Translations under genes and position numbers: made by a program | Notes under the pieces: model-generated | What the model was told of the DNA's origin: nothing | What the model saw: the letters and a program-made list of their open reading frames with translations, nothing else | Databases searched by the model: none | Sequence record: MG592456.1 | Length of the DNA stretch: 64,000 nt | Strand: one strand, 5' to 3' | In this document: piece by piece, positions 19,836-28,832 of the stretch | How positions within the stretch are numbered: the stretch's first letter is position 1 | Layout: each line of letters opens with the position of its first letter

Positions 19836-19868
19836 TAAATACCCCTGTAGTCAAATACAGGGGTATTT
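19834..19868 (+). promoter_or_regulatory. Late promoter (GATAAATA) in the 5' arm of a 13-bp RBS-sequestering hairpin
   Basis: AAATACCCCTGTA 19837-49 / TACAGGGGTATTT 19856-68. Confidence 0.7.
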
Positions 19869-19870
19869 TT

Positions 19871-20254
19871 ATGTTTGCACAATACAAATTATATTTTATA
19901 GCTGCGTCTGTGGCTATTGCACTTGGTACAATCGGGTACCTAAAGTTCAAAAACATGAATCTTGAAACGACGATTCTTGAACAGACACACACCATTCAGC
20001 GTCTCACTGACAGAACGCATGAATTAGAGGCGGTTATTGTTAGTAAAGACACCACCATTGATTCTTGGAAGACAGTTTACGTCGAGCAAGAGAAGTTCAG
20101 AAAAGACCTGCAATTTGAACTCGACAAGAAAACGGCATTGATTGAGGGCTATAAAGGTCGTCAACACATAGTGTTTGCCAAACCGACGTTAGTCGAGCGC
20201 ATGGAACAAACTGCACTTAATAAGTTTTTCGAGGAGGTGCGTGATGCGAAATAA
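19871..20254 (+). CDS. pseT.3: Inner-membrane spanin (pseT.3-like)
   Basis: N-terminal TM plus coiled coil; overlaps lipoprotein gene; between rnlA and pseT. Confidence 0.8.
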   Translation: MFAQYKLYFIAASVAIALGTIGYLKFKNMNLETTILEQTHTIQRLTDRTHELEAVIVSKDTTIDSWKTVYVEQEKFRKDLQFELDKKTALIEGYKGRQHIVFAKPTLVERMEQTALNKFFEEVRDAK

Positions 20255-20597
20255 AGCCATTTTAGCCATACTAATGTGTTTTACACTATCGTCGTGTGCG
20301 CTATTCGCCAAGCCAGAGCCGGAGATTGTCTATGTGGAAAAGAAGGTCAGTCTAGCTCATCCATCTATGCCAACCCCGCCTGATGATCCGGGTGTGAAAA
20401 TTCGTGTCATCACAACTGATACCATCAAACAAGACCGAGCTTATGTTGGGTTTGAGTATGATGTGTGGCTGGAGTTTGCACAGTGGATGCATACGTATAA
20501 GGCACACCAATCGGATTTGCTGGAAGTCATCAGGTTGTACAAAGAACAAGATGAGACTTTATATCCGGTTGTCGAAAAAGAAATCGAAAAAAACTAA
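20244..20597 (+). CDS. pseT.2: Outer-membrane spanin lipoprotein (pseT.2-like)
   Basis: Lipobox LSSC, Pro-rich segment, GAGGAGG RBS. Confidence 0.8.
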   Translation: MRNKAILAILMCFTLSSCALFAKPEPEIVYVEKKVSLAHPSMPTPPDDPGVKIRVITTDTIKQDRAYVGFEYDVWLEFAQWMHTYKAHQSDLLEVIRLYKEQDETLYPVVEKEIEKN

Positions 20598-20599
20598 AA

Positions 20600-20634
20600 A
20601 AAGGGTTGCTTATGGCAGCCCTTTTCTATATCAT
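20600..20634 (+). terminator. Terminator overlapping a sigma70 promoter
   Basis: AAGGGTTGC-TTATG-GCAGCCCTT; TTGCTT-17-TATCAT; TATCGAAAC leader. Confidence 0.75.
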
Positions 20635-20674
20635 TCTCTTATCGAAACAAAACACAGACGAAAGAGAGAACATT

Positions 20675-20995
20675 ATGACTATTCAATTCAAACGCATTAA
20701 CCTATGTCCTGATTCAAAATACCCACTTTATTCTTACGACGCTGTCGATGAATTTGAATCTGAGGATGTAATCAAGCAGTGCGACGATTTCAACTTCGTA
20801 AGTTGTATTGTTGCAGATGCTCGTTCTTTGCGAATTTGCAAAGAAGCGGACGGTAAAACGTGGATGCTTCGGGCTAGCAATTCTTATAACCCGAGCGAAT
20901 GGTTCATGTTAAACAAAGTTCAAGGTAATTTCAAGACAAAGAAAGAAGCGATTGAATATGCAAATCAAATGTTCAGAAACGAACAAACTAACTAA
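20675..20995 (+). CDS. Hypothetical early protein (start re-assigned)
   Basis: GAGAGAACATTATG. Confidence 0.7.
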   Translation: MTIQFKRINLCPDSKYPLYSYDAVDEFESEDVIKQCDDFNFVSCIVADARSLRICKEADGKTWMLRASNSYNPSEWFMLNKVQGNFKTKKEAIEYANQMFRNEQTN

Positions 20996-21006
20996 GTGAG
21001 CAAATA

Positions 21007-21915
21007 ATGAAATTGATCTTAACAGTAGGCGTCCCTGCGTCGGGTAAAACAACATGGGCTGAAGAGTATTGCCGACTGAATCAAAATACAGTCAACATTA
21101 ATCGCGATGATACTCGCCAAGCTCTATTCGGGCCGTTCAAACCCGGTGAATATCTATACAAGAAAGCTGATGAAGCACTTGTCACGAAAGCTAACAAAGA
21201 CAAAGCACTAGTTGCATTGGGTCGTGGTCAAGACGTTATCATTTCTGACACTAACTTGACACCAGATCGTCGTCAAGTATGGGAGAGTATTGCTGAACAG
21301 TACGACGCTGAGTACGAAATGCGTTTATTTCACATCAGTTTTGATGAAGCAAGTCGTCGTGATCAAGCTCGGGAAATGAAAGTCGGCAACAAAGTACTGC
21401 AAAACATGTTCAAAACGTATCATTCTCAGAATCGTGACTTGATTGTCGCTGATTTCAAACTTAAACTTGAAAACACGTGGGTAATTAACGACAAACCTTG
21501 TGTTTTGTCTGATATCGACGGCACAGTAGCAGAAATGCACAAAGGTCAACCGGGTAAGCGTTCTCCGTTTGAATGGTTACGTGTGGGTGAAGATACACCA
21601 CGTCCGAACGTTCTAAACGTGCTACGTTTGCTATCTGAAGAATATCCGATCATCTTCATTAGTGGTCGTGATGGGGTATGCGTACATCAGACTTCAGACT
21701 GGCTTGGTCACTATGCTGAGTATTACGAAACACTAGTGATGCGCGGTGCGGGTGATAGTCGCCCAGATTGGGTAATTAAGCTCGAATTACTACGTGATTT
21801 AGCGCTAGATGGTTGGTCAAAACCAACTATTATGTTCGATGACCGTGATCAAGTCGTCAATACCATGCGTGATGTTGGTATCGAGGTCTTCCAAGTCCAA
21901 CCAGGTAACTTTTAA
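21007..21915 (+). CDS. pseT: Polynucleotide 5'-kinase/3'-phosphatase
   Basis: GVPASGKTT, INRDD, SDIDGT, FDDR. Confidence 0.95.
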   Translation: MKLILTVGVPASGKTTWAEEYCRLNQNTVNINRDDTRQALFGPFKPGEYLYKKADEALVTKANKDKALVALGRGQDVIISDTNLTPDRRQVWESIAEQYDAEYEMRLFHISFDEASRRDQAREMKVGNKVLQNMFKTYHSQNRDLIVADFKLKLENTWVINDKPCVLSDIDGTVAEMHKGQPGKRSPFEWLRVGEDTPRPNVLNVLRLLSEEYPIIFISGRDGVCVHQTSDWLGHYAEYYETLVMRGAGDSRPDWVIKLELLRDLALDGWSKPTIMFDDRDQVVNTMRDVGIEVFQVQPGNF

Positions 21916-21943
21916 ACACTTTTAAACTTTTGAGGGAAATACA

Positions 21944-22585
21944 ATGGAATTAATGACAATTGGTATCATCGCTGGGGCTGTATTCGTAATATTAATCGGC
22001 ATTGCAATCTATCACAGTACAAAACTCCCGAATCAATCTGCCGCTGAAAAAGCGAAAGACCTAGCAGAAGTCAAACAGCGAAAGATTGCTGAAGACGCTA
22101 TTCGTCGTATGCCGACGATTCCGCCAGAGGCGATCCGAACAACTCAGCCGCATAATCGACATGCCGCCCCGCGCACTCGACGTAACAATCGAGATCAGGG
22201 TCACCATGCTAGTCGTACCAATGATATTGACGCGGTCGACGTAATGGTAGCAGGTGTTGTAGTCAATAGCTTGCTTGGTGACGATGAAATCGCAGATGAT
22301 TGGGAGCCAACTGGGTATCGCCAAGACTCAGTTGATGAACGAGTCGAGCCTGTTTGGGAGCCAACTCTATCTGGCGAAACTCCTGTTGCTGACCCTACCC
22401 CAGTTTATGAAGCGCCTGAGCCAACTCGTTCTTCATATCGTGAGCCTGAGCCGACTTACGAAGCGCCTACTTACACGCCAGAGCCGAGTTCAAGTTACAG
22501 CTCTAGTTCTAGTTACAGCTCTAGTTCAGACTACAGCTCAAGCAGTGACTACAGCTCTAGCTCTAGTTCAAGTAGCTGCGATTAA
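21944..22585 (+). CDS. Membrane-anchored protein with Pro/Glu-rich region and Ser-rich tail
   Basis: N-terminal TM; SSSYSSSSSYSSSSDYSSSSDYSSSSSSSSCD. Confidence 0.75.
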   Translation: MELMTIGIIAGAVFVILIGIAIYHSTKLPNQSAAEKAKDLAEVKQRKIAEDAIRRMPTIPPEAIRTTQPHNRHAAPRTRRNNRDQGHHASRTNDIDAVDVMVAGVVVNSLLGDDEIADDWEPTGYRQDSVDERVEPVWEPTLSGETPVADPTPVYEAPEPTRSSYREPEPTYEAPTYTPEPSSSYSSSSSYSSSSDYSSSSDYSSSSSSSSCD

Positions 22586-23100
22586 TGATTACGGCAGAGA
22601 TATACGGCGACTTAGTCGCCACTCTGCGATCAGTAATCGCAGAGCCAAAATGGAACAAGCCATTCTTGATGGCGCAGGGATGCAACTGTTTTATTGCTCA
22701 AGGTAGCGGGATTGCAGGTCAATTGCGCGAATTCCCTGAAGTCTATCAAGCTGACATCGACTATGGGCGCAAGGGTGACGTCACCAAACTTGGTGAATTA
22801 TCAGTTGCATTATTTGCAGATAACACGCCCGGGCATCTAGACGCTGCTGTGTTCAACTTGTATACTCAATTCAGCATGGGAACTAACAAGCAACATGCTG
22901 AATACGCTGCTATCAAGATGGCGGTTGAAGCCATGTGTCGTGATGCTTACGCTGCTCACAATCCGATTTATGTGCCATTAATTGGTGCTGGTCTTGCTGG
23001 GGGTGACTGGGAGCTAATTCGTCAGATTATAGATAAAGCTAGCGGGACGACTGAAATTATCATCGTTCATTTCGATAAAGGTACAATAATCGACTGGTGA
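22585..23100 (+). CDS. tk.4: Macrodomain protein (T4 Tk.4-like)
   Basis: QGCNCF..GSGIAGQL, FNLYTQF, PLIGAGLAGGDW. Confidence 0.88.
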   Translation: MITAEIYGDLVATLRSVIAEPKWNKPFLMAQGCNCFIAQGSGIAGQLREFPEVYQADIDYGRKGDVTKLGELSVALFADNTPGHLDAAVFNLYTQFSMGTNKQHAEYAAIKMAVEAMCRDAYAAHNPIYVPLIGAGLAGGDWELIRQIIDKASGTTEIIIVHFDKGTIIDW

Positions 23101-23104
23101 TTCT

Positions 23105-23242
23105 ATGTTACTTGTTTTATTAATTCTGTTTTTTGCAATAGCGGGGGGTGTGCTCGTATACTATTTCCATATGCACAACTTAAAACAATTCCATCGGAGA
23201 CATAAATATTTGCAAGCGAGGGCAAAAAAGAGACTACCGTAA
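23105..23242 (+). CDS. 45-aa single-TM microprotein (not in ORF track)
   Basis: MLLVLLILFFAIAGGVLVYYFHMHNLKQFHRRHKYLQARAKKRLP; TAATG-coupled to next gene. Confidence 0.55.
   Translation: MLLVLLILFFAIAGGVLVYYFHMHNLKQFHRRHKYLQARAKKRLP
23201..23208 (+). promoter_or_regulatory. Late promoter-like CATAAATA
   Basis: 1 mismatch to consensus. Confidence 0.55.
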
Positions 23243-23472
23243 TGGGATTCAGATTTAATAAAAAGCTAGCAGATGCTGTGGATGAGTGGCGAATCGTTCC
23301 ACGTATCTTAGTTGGCATGTATTGCTATTTGCTTTACTATACCGCGATGTGGTTTATGGCTTTGCCAGACCCATCCGGAACTCAGGCGGCTTTTGTGTCT
23401 ACTATTGTAGGTGCAGCAGCCGCTATTTTCGGTTTATATACAAACGCAGGCAAAAACAAGTCTGGCGAATAG
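23242..23472 (+). CDS. Two-TM membrane protein, holin-like
   Basis: WRIVPRIL..two hydrophobic helices..FGLY, basic tail; late promoter upstream. Confidence 0.5.
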   Translation: MGFRFNKKLADAVDEWRIVPRILVGMYCYLLYYTAMWFMALPDPSGTQAAFVSTIVGAAAAIFGLYTNAGKNKSGE

Positions 23473-23480
23473 GAAGAAAA

Positions 23481-24953
23481 ATGAAAAAAAGATTTTCAGA
23501 ATTTTACGCTGAAGTTGAAGAAACTCAGATATTCGAAGTGTCAGATCGGTCAAACGTCCCCATCACATGGCACGATCCTTTGAATGCTACATTTAGTGCA
23601 GGTGGCGAGAAAGTCGCCGTTTCATTGGATGACGATCAAGATGGTGAGTTTACCATTATGTTCTCCAACAATGGGTCATATTCCCAATCCGGTCAAAGCA
23701 AAGGCGCCGCCGCGATATTCTCGGGGGTTTTGACTACTCTGCGTGAATTCACCGAAACATATGAAGAAGAAGTGGGTCTGAAGCCATATCAATACACGTT
23801 TTCAGCCGCATATGAGTTGCCGATGGGACATCCACACAAAAGGGACATCATTTCCCTGTCAGTTGGAAATTCAACGCTCAGTCTCGATGAAAAGAAAGCA
23901 GTATTCAAAGATTTGATATCCAGACCGATGTTGTATTACGCACTGTCATTGACGTTTGGTGCTTCGTATGGTTACAAGACTGACATGAACGACATCTATT
24001 TACTGAAACTAGCGGGTGGTGCTAATGATTTTCGTTCAGTTCGTCGCAATGTAAACAAATCGATTGCTGACCTGTCTGAAGACCAAATGGACCGCCTGTT
24101 TGTTAGTATGAAGGGTTCAGTTCATTTCAAATTGACGAATGCAAGTACAAGCAGTAGCGACTACGACGGTGCTTATATGGATAGTGAACTCAGCCTTGAA
24201 GACAATATCGACGATGCGAGTGATGAACAGCTAGAAGATTGGATCAACGCTGGACGCGAAGCCGATATCATTGAATATGCTGGCTGGCAAACACTTGTTA
24301 GGATTGCTGGCATGGAATATATGCATAGTAATTTAATAACCCATTCTGACAAAGACGTCCGTGACGCAGTAATCCAATCAGATCCCGACATGGTAGATGA
24401 ACTGATTGATTCAGAACACCCAGAAATGCGTGCTCATGCTGCTGAGTACGGTGCGGGTATTGAGAAACTAATCACTGATGACGAAGAAGAAGTTCGTGAC
24501 GCTGCGTGGGACTACGCAACTGAGAACTATGACTTCGATCAACGCATACCGCTGATGAAGTACGTAATTCGTAACGGCGATGAAGAACAAATCGACGCGA
24601 TGGCTGAGTGGGTGATCGACTACGGTCATTGGCAAGAGCGTTTATTCCTTGCAGAAGAAGGTCGAAACATAGAGAAATTGATGATTGACGCATCGGAAGA
24701 AGTTCGTCAAGGTGCTATCAACTCGGTGTTTAGTCAAATGGGGTTTGAGGGCGAAGAAGCCGCTAGCTATATTTCTGATGTGTCGGCTAATACCGACTAC
24801 AGTCAGGAAAACTTTGAATACGCGATGGAAGGCAACTTCGGGTCGGACTTCGAAGATAAGCTGCTTGAACTTGCACGAGACGAAATGCTTGACGTTAGCA
24901 AGTACTCACCCGACGAAGATGAAGACGAAGATGAAGACGACATATATTCGTAA
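23481..24953 (+). CDS. Acidic protein: CTS-like N-terminus, paralogous domain, HEAT-like C-terminal repeats (start re-assigned)
   Basis: MKKRFSEFYAE; repeats such as LIDSEHPEMRAHA, LITDDEEEVRDAA, LMIDASEEVRQGA; AGGA RBS. Confidence 0.75.
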   Translation: MKKRFSEFYAEVEETQIFEVSDRSNVPITWHDPLNATFSAGGEKVAVSLDDDQDGEFTIMFSNNGSYSQSGQSKGAAAIFSGVLTTLREFTETYEEEVGLKPYQYTFSAAYELPMGHPHKRDIISLSVGNSTLSLDEKKAVFKDLISRPMLYYALSLTFGASYGYKTDMNDIYLLKLAGGANDFRSVRRNVNKSIADLSEDQMDRLFVSMKGSVHFKLTNASTSSSDYDGAYMDSELSLEDNIDDASDEQLEDWINAGREADIIEYAGWQTLVRIAGMEYMHSNLITHSDKDVRDAVIQSDPDMVDELIDSEHPEMRAHAAEYGAGIEKLITDDEEEVRDAAWDYATENYDFDQRIPLMKYVIRNGDEEQIDAMAEWVIDYGHWQERLFLAEEGRNIEKLMIDASEEVRQGAINSVFSQMGFEGEEAASYISDVSANTDYSQENFEYAMEGNFGSDFEDKLLELARDEMLDVSKYSPDEDEDEDEDDIYS

Positions 24954-24961
24954 ATAAACCG

Positions 24962-25006
24962 TTGACAATAGCTCACAATTAGATTATTCTAACTGTGAGC
25001 TTTTTT
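24962..25006 (+). promoter_or_regulatory. sigma70 promoter whose -10 lies in a terminator-like hairpin
   Basis: TTGACA-17-TATTCT; GCTCACAATTAGA/TCTAACTGTGAGC plus T6. Confidence 0.75.
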
Positions 25007-25024
25007 ATGAACTAAGGAAAACAC

Positions 25025-25306
25025 ATGGGAACTTTACCAAACGAACTATTTATCGGATTTCATCCGGGCTATGATGAAGACAATGCTATGGATCGAATCG
25101 AAGCAACAATCGATCGTGACGACATTGAAGGTATCATGCTGCCGTTTGCTCAAGGTGTTAGTATCTTCATTCACGATGCACCAGAAGACCTTGACGTTGA
25201 AGCATACAAAGCTCACGTGACGGCTGCACTTACGGCAGAATTCGGTGACGAAATGTCAATGCCACCACAATTTATTCACAGAGGAGAAACTCCAGAATGC
25301 GATTAG
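25025..25306 (+). CDS. Hypothetical acidic protein
   Basis: AAGGA RBS. Confidence 0.7.
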   Translation: MGTLPNELFIGFHPGYDEDNAMDRIEATIDRDDIEGIMLPFAQGVSIFIHDAPEDLDVEAYKAHVTAALTAEFGDEMSMPPQFIHRGETPECD

Positions 25307-25923
25307 AAACACACATCAAATCATCAATGGTTGAATTTGCGTTAATATTCCCAACTCGTTTTTCAGTGTTAGAGCACATGTTTGCTGTTAACGGCAACGG
25401 ACTGGAAATCAATAAAGACGGGTTTCTTGATGAACATCGTGAAAAAATCTACAATCGCGATGAAGTGACCCTGATCGTGGCTGGCTCGTACCAAAGTCAG
25501 GCCGACATGTATGCTGAGTTTATTAGTGAACTTGAACTCGACGAACAAGAACTTGACCCCGACGAGAAGATTTCGAATTATTATGCCCGAGCGCTTGATG
25601 ACCTCCGCGTTGAATCCGAAGCTGAAATCGATCGTCTCACTGACATCGACGCTGCATATGCGGTCGACCCTGACTTCGATGATTTGTCCGTGTACGGGTG
25701 GGGTTCTAATAAAGATTACATCCCGTTTTACAAGTTTGAAAATGCAAAATACGAAGATCTAGTTGAGCAACTTGAGTACTTCCGTGATTGTATCATGCAA
25801 GCTGCGGAGCTCCCGGTCCCTGAAAATGCCAGTTTCATTGATCAGTATCGCCCGGAAGCACTTGCTGACTGGAAAGCAAACATCGGTGAATTGAACGCAT
25901 TTATCGAGAAAGTGAAACAATAG
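25297..25923 (+). CDS. Hypothetical acidic protein
   Basis: GAGGAG RBS; FPTRFSVLEHMFAVNGNG. Confidence 0.7.
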   Translation: MRLETHIKSSMVEFALIFPTRFSVLEHMFAVNGNGLEINKDGFLDEHREKIYNRDEVTLIVAGSYQSQADMYAEFISELELDEQELDPDEKISNYYARALDDLRVESEAEIDRLTDIDAAYAVDPDFDDLSVYGWGSNKDYIPFYKFENAKYEDLVEQLEYFRDCIMQAAELPVPENASFIDQYRPEALADWKANIGELNAFIEKVKQ

Positions 25924-25926
25924 TTG

Positions 25927-25965
25927 TTTAAAACCCCGAAAAGTGAAACTATAGTTTCACTTTTC
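25927..25965 (+). promoter_or_regulatory. GTTTA-class promoter with perfect 28-bp palindrome centred on -10
   Basis: TTTAAA-17-TATAGT; GAAAAGTGAAACTATAGTTTCACTTTTC 25938-25965. Confidence 0.7.
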
Positions 25966-25984
25966 AACATAGAGAGGGAATGTA

Positions 25985-26206
25985 ATGAGTTGGCAACCGA
26001 GAGTTGTATACACGAAGAATCAAGAATACGTAATCCGTGATGTTTATGTCACAGATGAAGGCACCATCGACGGGTCTAGTAAGAATCTAGCTGCATTTGG
26101 TTCAACAAAAGCTGAACTTGCAGCCGATTTCAATCGAATGGCTGCTGCATTTAAGGAAAAAATTGTCATAGAAAATGACGATGAATCACTGGTGATTGGT
26201 AAATAA
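25985..26206 (+). CDS. Hypothetical protein
   Basis: GAGGG RBS. Confidence 0.65.
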   Translation: MSWQPRVVYTKNQEYVIRDVYVTDEGTIDGSSKNLAAFGSTKAELAADFNRMAAAFKEKIVIENDDESLVIGK

Positions 26207-26213
26207 TAGACCT

Positions 26214-26240
26214 AAAAAAGGGAGCTAATTGCTCCCTTTC
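26214..26240. terminator. Bidirectional terminator between convergent genes
   Basis: AAAGGGAGC-TAATT-GCTCCCTTT. Confidence 0.8.
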
Positions 26241-26242
26241 TT

Positions 26243-27286
26243 CTATGAACGATATATAACGTTATTAGTGCCGAGTGTATCCCAATCTCCTGCACGAATC
26301 TTGTCACGCATAGCAGCATCAAAGGCAGAGTCGTTTTTGAACGCTGTGAGCGGTATAGTTATCGTGCCGCTTGTTTTAATCGCTAGCAGCTCTAGTTGCT
26401 CAAGCAAAGCACGATACTTATGCCCGTCATACTCAAACTTGCTAAACCAATACCCCATCGCTGAATACTTCGAGTCTATTGTAAAATCGACATCAAATCC
26501 ACGTAAGGCTCGCTTCAAATCACTCGGTTTACCATGAAATTTCTTTCTAGATGCGCTATGTTCAGCACCAGCACGTGCTAAAAGTCGTTTTTGTTGGTCT
26601 GCGGGGATATCATCCCACCCCTCGAAATTATCTCGAAATGCGTCCATGAAGATGTTGCCCTTCACGTGCGTTCTGAAGCGTGCTTTGGTGTCCGCAATGG
26701 CTTGTGTATAACGTGCGTTGATCTCATGTGAGTAGTTCATATACTCTTCGTGTGATGCTTGTGTGCCGTTGACGACATGGTCAAGCATTTTCTTGTCGAC
26801 CCATGCGTTATTCTTACCACGCAAAGTCTTAGTCCCTACTTGTATATCTTCATTATCGCCACTACGCCAGTTGTCATACGCATGTTGTAACTCATGACTT
26901 AGAGTACTTTCCATTGCCATTCGCTCGAAATCGAACATACCAGAGAGGGATTCTATGTCGCTCACGCCTGCCACGTTGAACGATAACTTAATCGATCCGA
27001 CGGCAGTTGGATGTGGGTTTGCAATTCGGCTGAGCCATGCGCCAAGTTCCATGTCACTTCCTGACTCGTCTAGTTTCATGAATACAGCGATGCCGGCTTC
27101 TAATAGTGAATTCAGTTCACGTTCTGTTGTTCTTATATTCAAGCGACTTGTGTTGACGGCAAGTCCTTGTTGTGAGAAGTCACCTGTTTGGATTGCTTGG
27201 TCTAATCGACGACTTAGCGCGTCCATGATTTCACGCGAAGCCTGTTCTATCGCGGCTTGTGATTGTACGTTTTCGAATATTATCAT
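26243..27286 (-). CDS. Zincin-like metalloprotease, minus-strand (late orientation)
   Basis: LSHELQHAYD (HExxH), downstream HEINAR; TCTAAATA upstream. Confidence 0.7.
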   Translation of the reverse strand: MIIFENVQSQAAIEQASREIMDALSRRLDQAIQTGDFSQQGLAVNTSRLNIRTTERELNSLLEAGIAVFMKLDESGSDMELGAWLSRIANPHPTAVGSIKLSFNVAGVSDIESLSGMFDFERMAMESTLSHELQHAYDNWRSGDNEDIQVGTKTLRGKNNAWVDKKMLDHVVNGTQASHEEYMNYSHEINARYTQAIADTKARFRTHVKGNIFMDAFRDNFEGWDDIPADQQKRLLARAGAEHSASRKKFHGKPSDLKRALRGFDVDFTIDSKYSAMGYWFSKFEYDGHKYRALLEQLELLAIKTSGTITIPLTAFKNDSAFDAAMRDKIRAGDWDTLGTNNVIYRS

Positions 27287-27303
27287 TATTTTCTCTAAAT
27301 GAC

Positions 27304-27332
27304 TTGACTGGATGATGTATTTAGATTAAGAT
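27304..27332 (+). promoter_or_regulatory. sigma70 promoter overlapping a divergent late-like TCTAAATA (27318-27325, minus)
   Basis: TTGACT-17-TAAGAT. Confidence 0.7.
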
Positions 27333-27361
27333 GTTCGCATCAGAAACAAAAAGAGAAAATT

Positions 27362-27979
27362 ATGCAAGTATCACTACAACAATTTCTATACGACTGCTTA
27401 GTTCCTAAAATTAAACCGCCATTCATATGTGAAGATCGACTAGCTGAAGCGAAACTTGCCGCAAATCCACCTAGAACACTTTATCACTTGATATTCGGTA
27501 CGACAAATGAAGAAGATTACAAGGTGCAGCGAGCACAGGAACGGATTGACCGTTATGAAGCAGAGATTGCATCATATGAAGCGTTTAAGGCAAAACCGGT
27601 AGATGCGTATACGTTTGAAAACGTCAATGAACCCGCGTTGAAGATCATTGATAAAATGCTCAATCAACAAAATCGATTCAGCGTGGTGTCTGAATTGCAA
27701 ACCCACGGATATCCATTATCGCAGCGCGTAATGGTTATTATAGACAAAGACACGAATGTTAAATTTGTCGGGAAAGTTGCAATGAACTCGAATGGCAATG
27801 TATATGCGGCTGCGGTAGTATTGCCGTCGTGTTTTACTCATGACGAGCAGATCGTAATCACACACGCAATGGATACAATTATCAACGATACTAGAGACGC
27901 ACGCGCTGAAAAGGCACGCAAAAAAGAAGATGATCTCACTGCGAAACATCGCCAAGAACTTTCAGACCTCTATTCATAA
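27362..27979 (+). CDS. Hypothetical protein
   Basis: GAGAAAATTATG. Confidence 0.75.
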   Translation: MQVSLQQFLYDCLVPKIKPPFICEDRLAEAKLAANPPRTLYHLIFGTTNEEDYKVQRAQERIDRYEAEIASYEAFKAKPVDAYTFENVNEPALKIIDKMLNQQNRFSVVSELQTHGYPLSQRVMVIIDKDTNVKFVGKVAMNSNGNVYAAAVVLPSCFTHDEQIVITHAMDTIINDTRDARAEKARKKEDDLTAKHRQELSDLYS

Positions 27980-27988
27980 GGAATCATT

Positions 27989-28378
27989 ATGTCATATACA
28001 ATCCGTAACGGTAAACTCGTTAAAGAAAAGAAAGCTGGAAACCCAGAAAAGAAAGCTGAACAACAGTGGGCTGAACAAGAGCGTGTTTTGAAGCGTTGGA
28101 ATGAGCGTCAAGAGATTGATCGTATGGGCACTATGGATCGCCACAACGCAATGTATAAGCTTGCTGAACGCAATGAGCGCAAAGGTAAGAAAGGCGGTGA
28201 TTGTAACGTCACTCAGTGCCAGAAACCCGGTGCTAGCTGCTGGAATCCGCCGATGCGCGCATGGTACTGCTACGAATGTGCTTCGGATATTCGTGAAAGC
28301 TCTATTCGATTTGGGGATGAGCCGTTCATTCGCCCACAAGATCTACACTGCGACCACCACTTCAAGTACGAGGGGTAA
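27989..28378 (+). CDS. Hypothetical zinc-finger protein
   Basis: CNVTQC...WYCYEC. Confidence 0.7.
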   Translation: MSYTIRNGKLVKEKKAGNPEKKAEQQWAEQERVLKRWNERQEIDRMGTMDRHNAMYKLAERNERKGKKGGDCNVTQCQKPGASCWNPPMRAWYCYECASDIRESSIRFGDEPFIRPQDLHCDHHFKYEG

Positions 28379-28380
28379 CT

Positions 28381-28611
28381 ATGATTGTATTATCATTATT
28401 TGGGCTTGCGTCATTCCTCATTGGATTTGGAACATCAATAGAAGTCGATGCACGTGACCCCGGGAAACAAACGACATTCCGTGGGCTATGGGAATACGCG
28501 ACGCGAGTGCAACAAATGATGTTAGTAGTCGGGTTCGTTGGGACGATGACCAGCATGTTTGCTTCTCAAATAGAACGACTTTTAAAATCGGATTGGAATC
28601 ATAAAAAATAG
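28381..28611 (+). CDS. Small membrane protein
   Basis: Two hydrophobic segments; GAGGGG RBS. Confidence 0.55.
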   Translation: MIVLSLFGLASFLIGFGTSIEVDARDPGKQTTFRGLWEYATRVQQMMLVVGFVGTMTSMFASQIERLLKSDWNHKK

Positions 28612-28619
28612 GGCTTGCC

Positions 28620-28802
28620 ATGACTGAATATATTCTCAGAGAAAAAATCACCAAAGCTGGGTTTGAGTATGACTACCAACTGAATGAGTATAACGAAACT
28701 CGACATCAGTTAATCAAAGACGGGAAGGTTATTTACGAATCGTATAATGGGTATTGCGTGGAAGCATTCATTGCAGGTATTGCATTTGCAACTAGTAATT
28801 AA
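28620..28802 (+). CDS. Hypothetical protein
   Basis: Short ORF ending at terminator. Confidence 0.55.
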   Translation: MTEYILREKITKAGFEYDYQLNEYNETRHQLIKDGKVIYESYNGYCVEAFIAGIAFATSN

Positions 28803-28823
28803 GCGCCTTTTGGCGCTTAATTA
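28796..28823. terminator. Bidirectional terminator
   Basis: TAATTAAGCGCC-TTTT-GGCGCTTAATTA. Confidence 0.8.
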
Positions 28824-28832
28824 CTCTTTTCA

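Noticed and set aside
23286-23480. N-terminal 65 aa of the track's 555-aa ORF
   Set aside because: Overlaps the holin-like gene; RBS and CTS-like start favour ATG 23481
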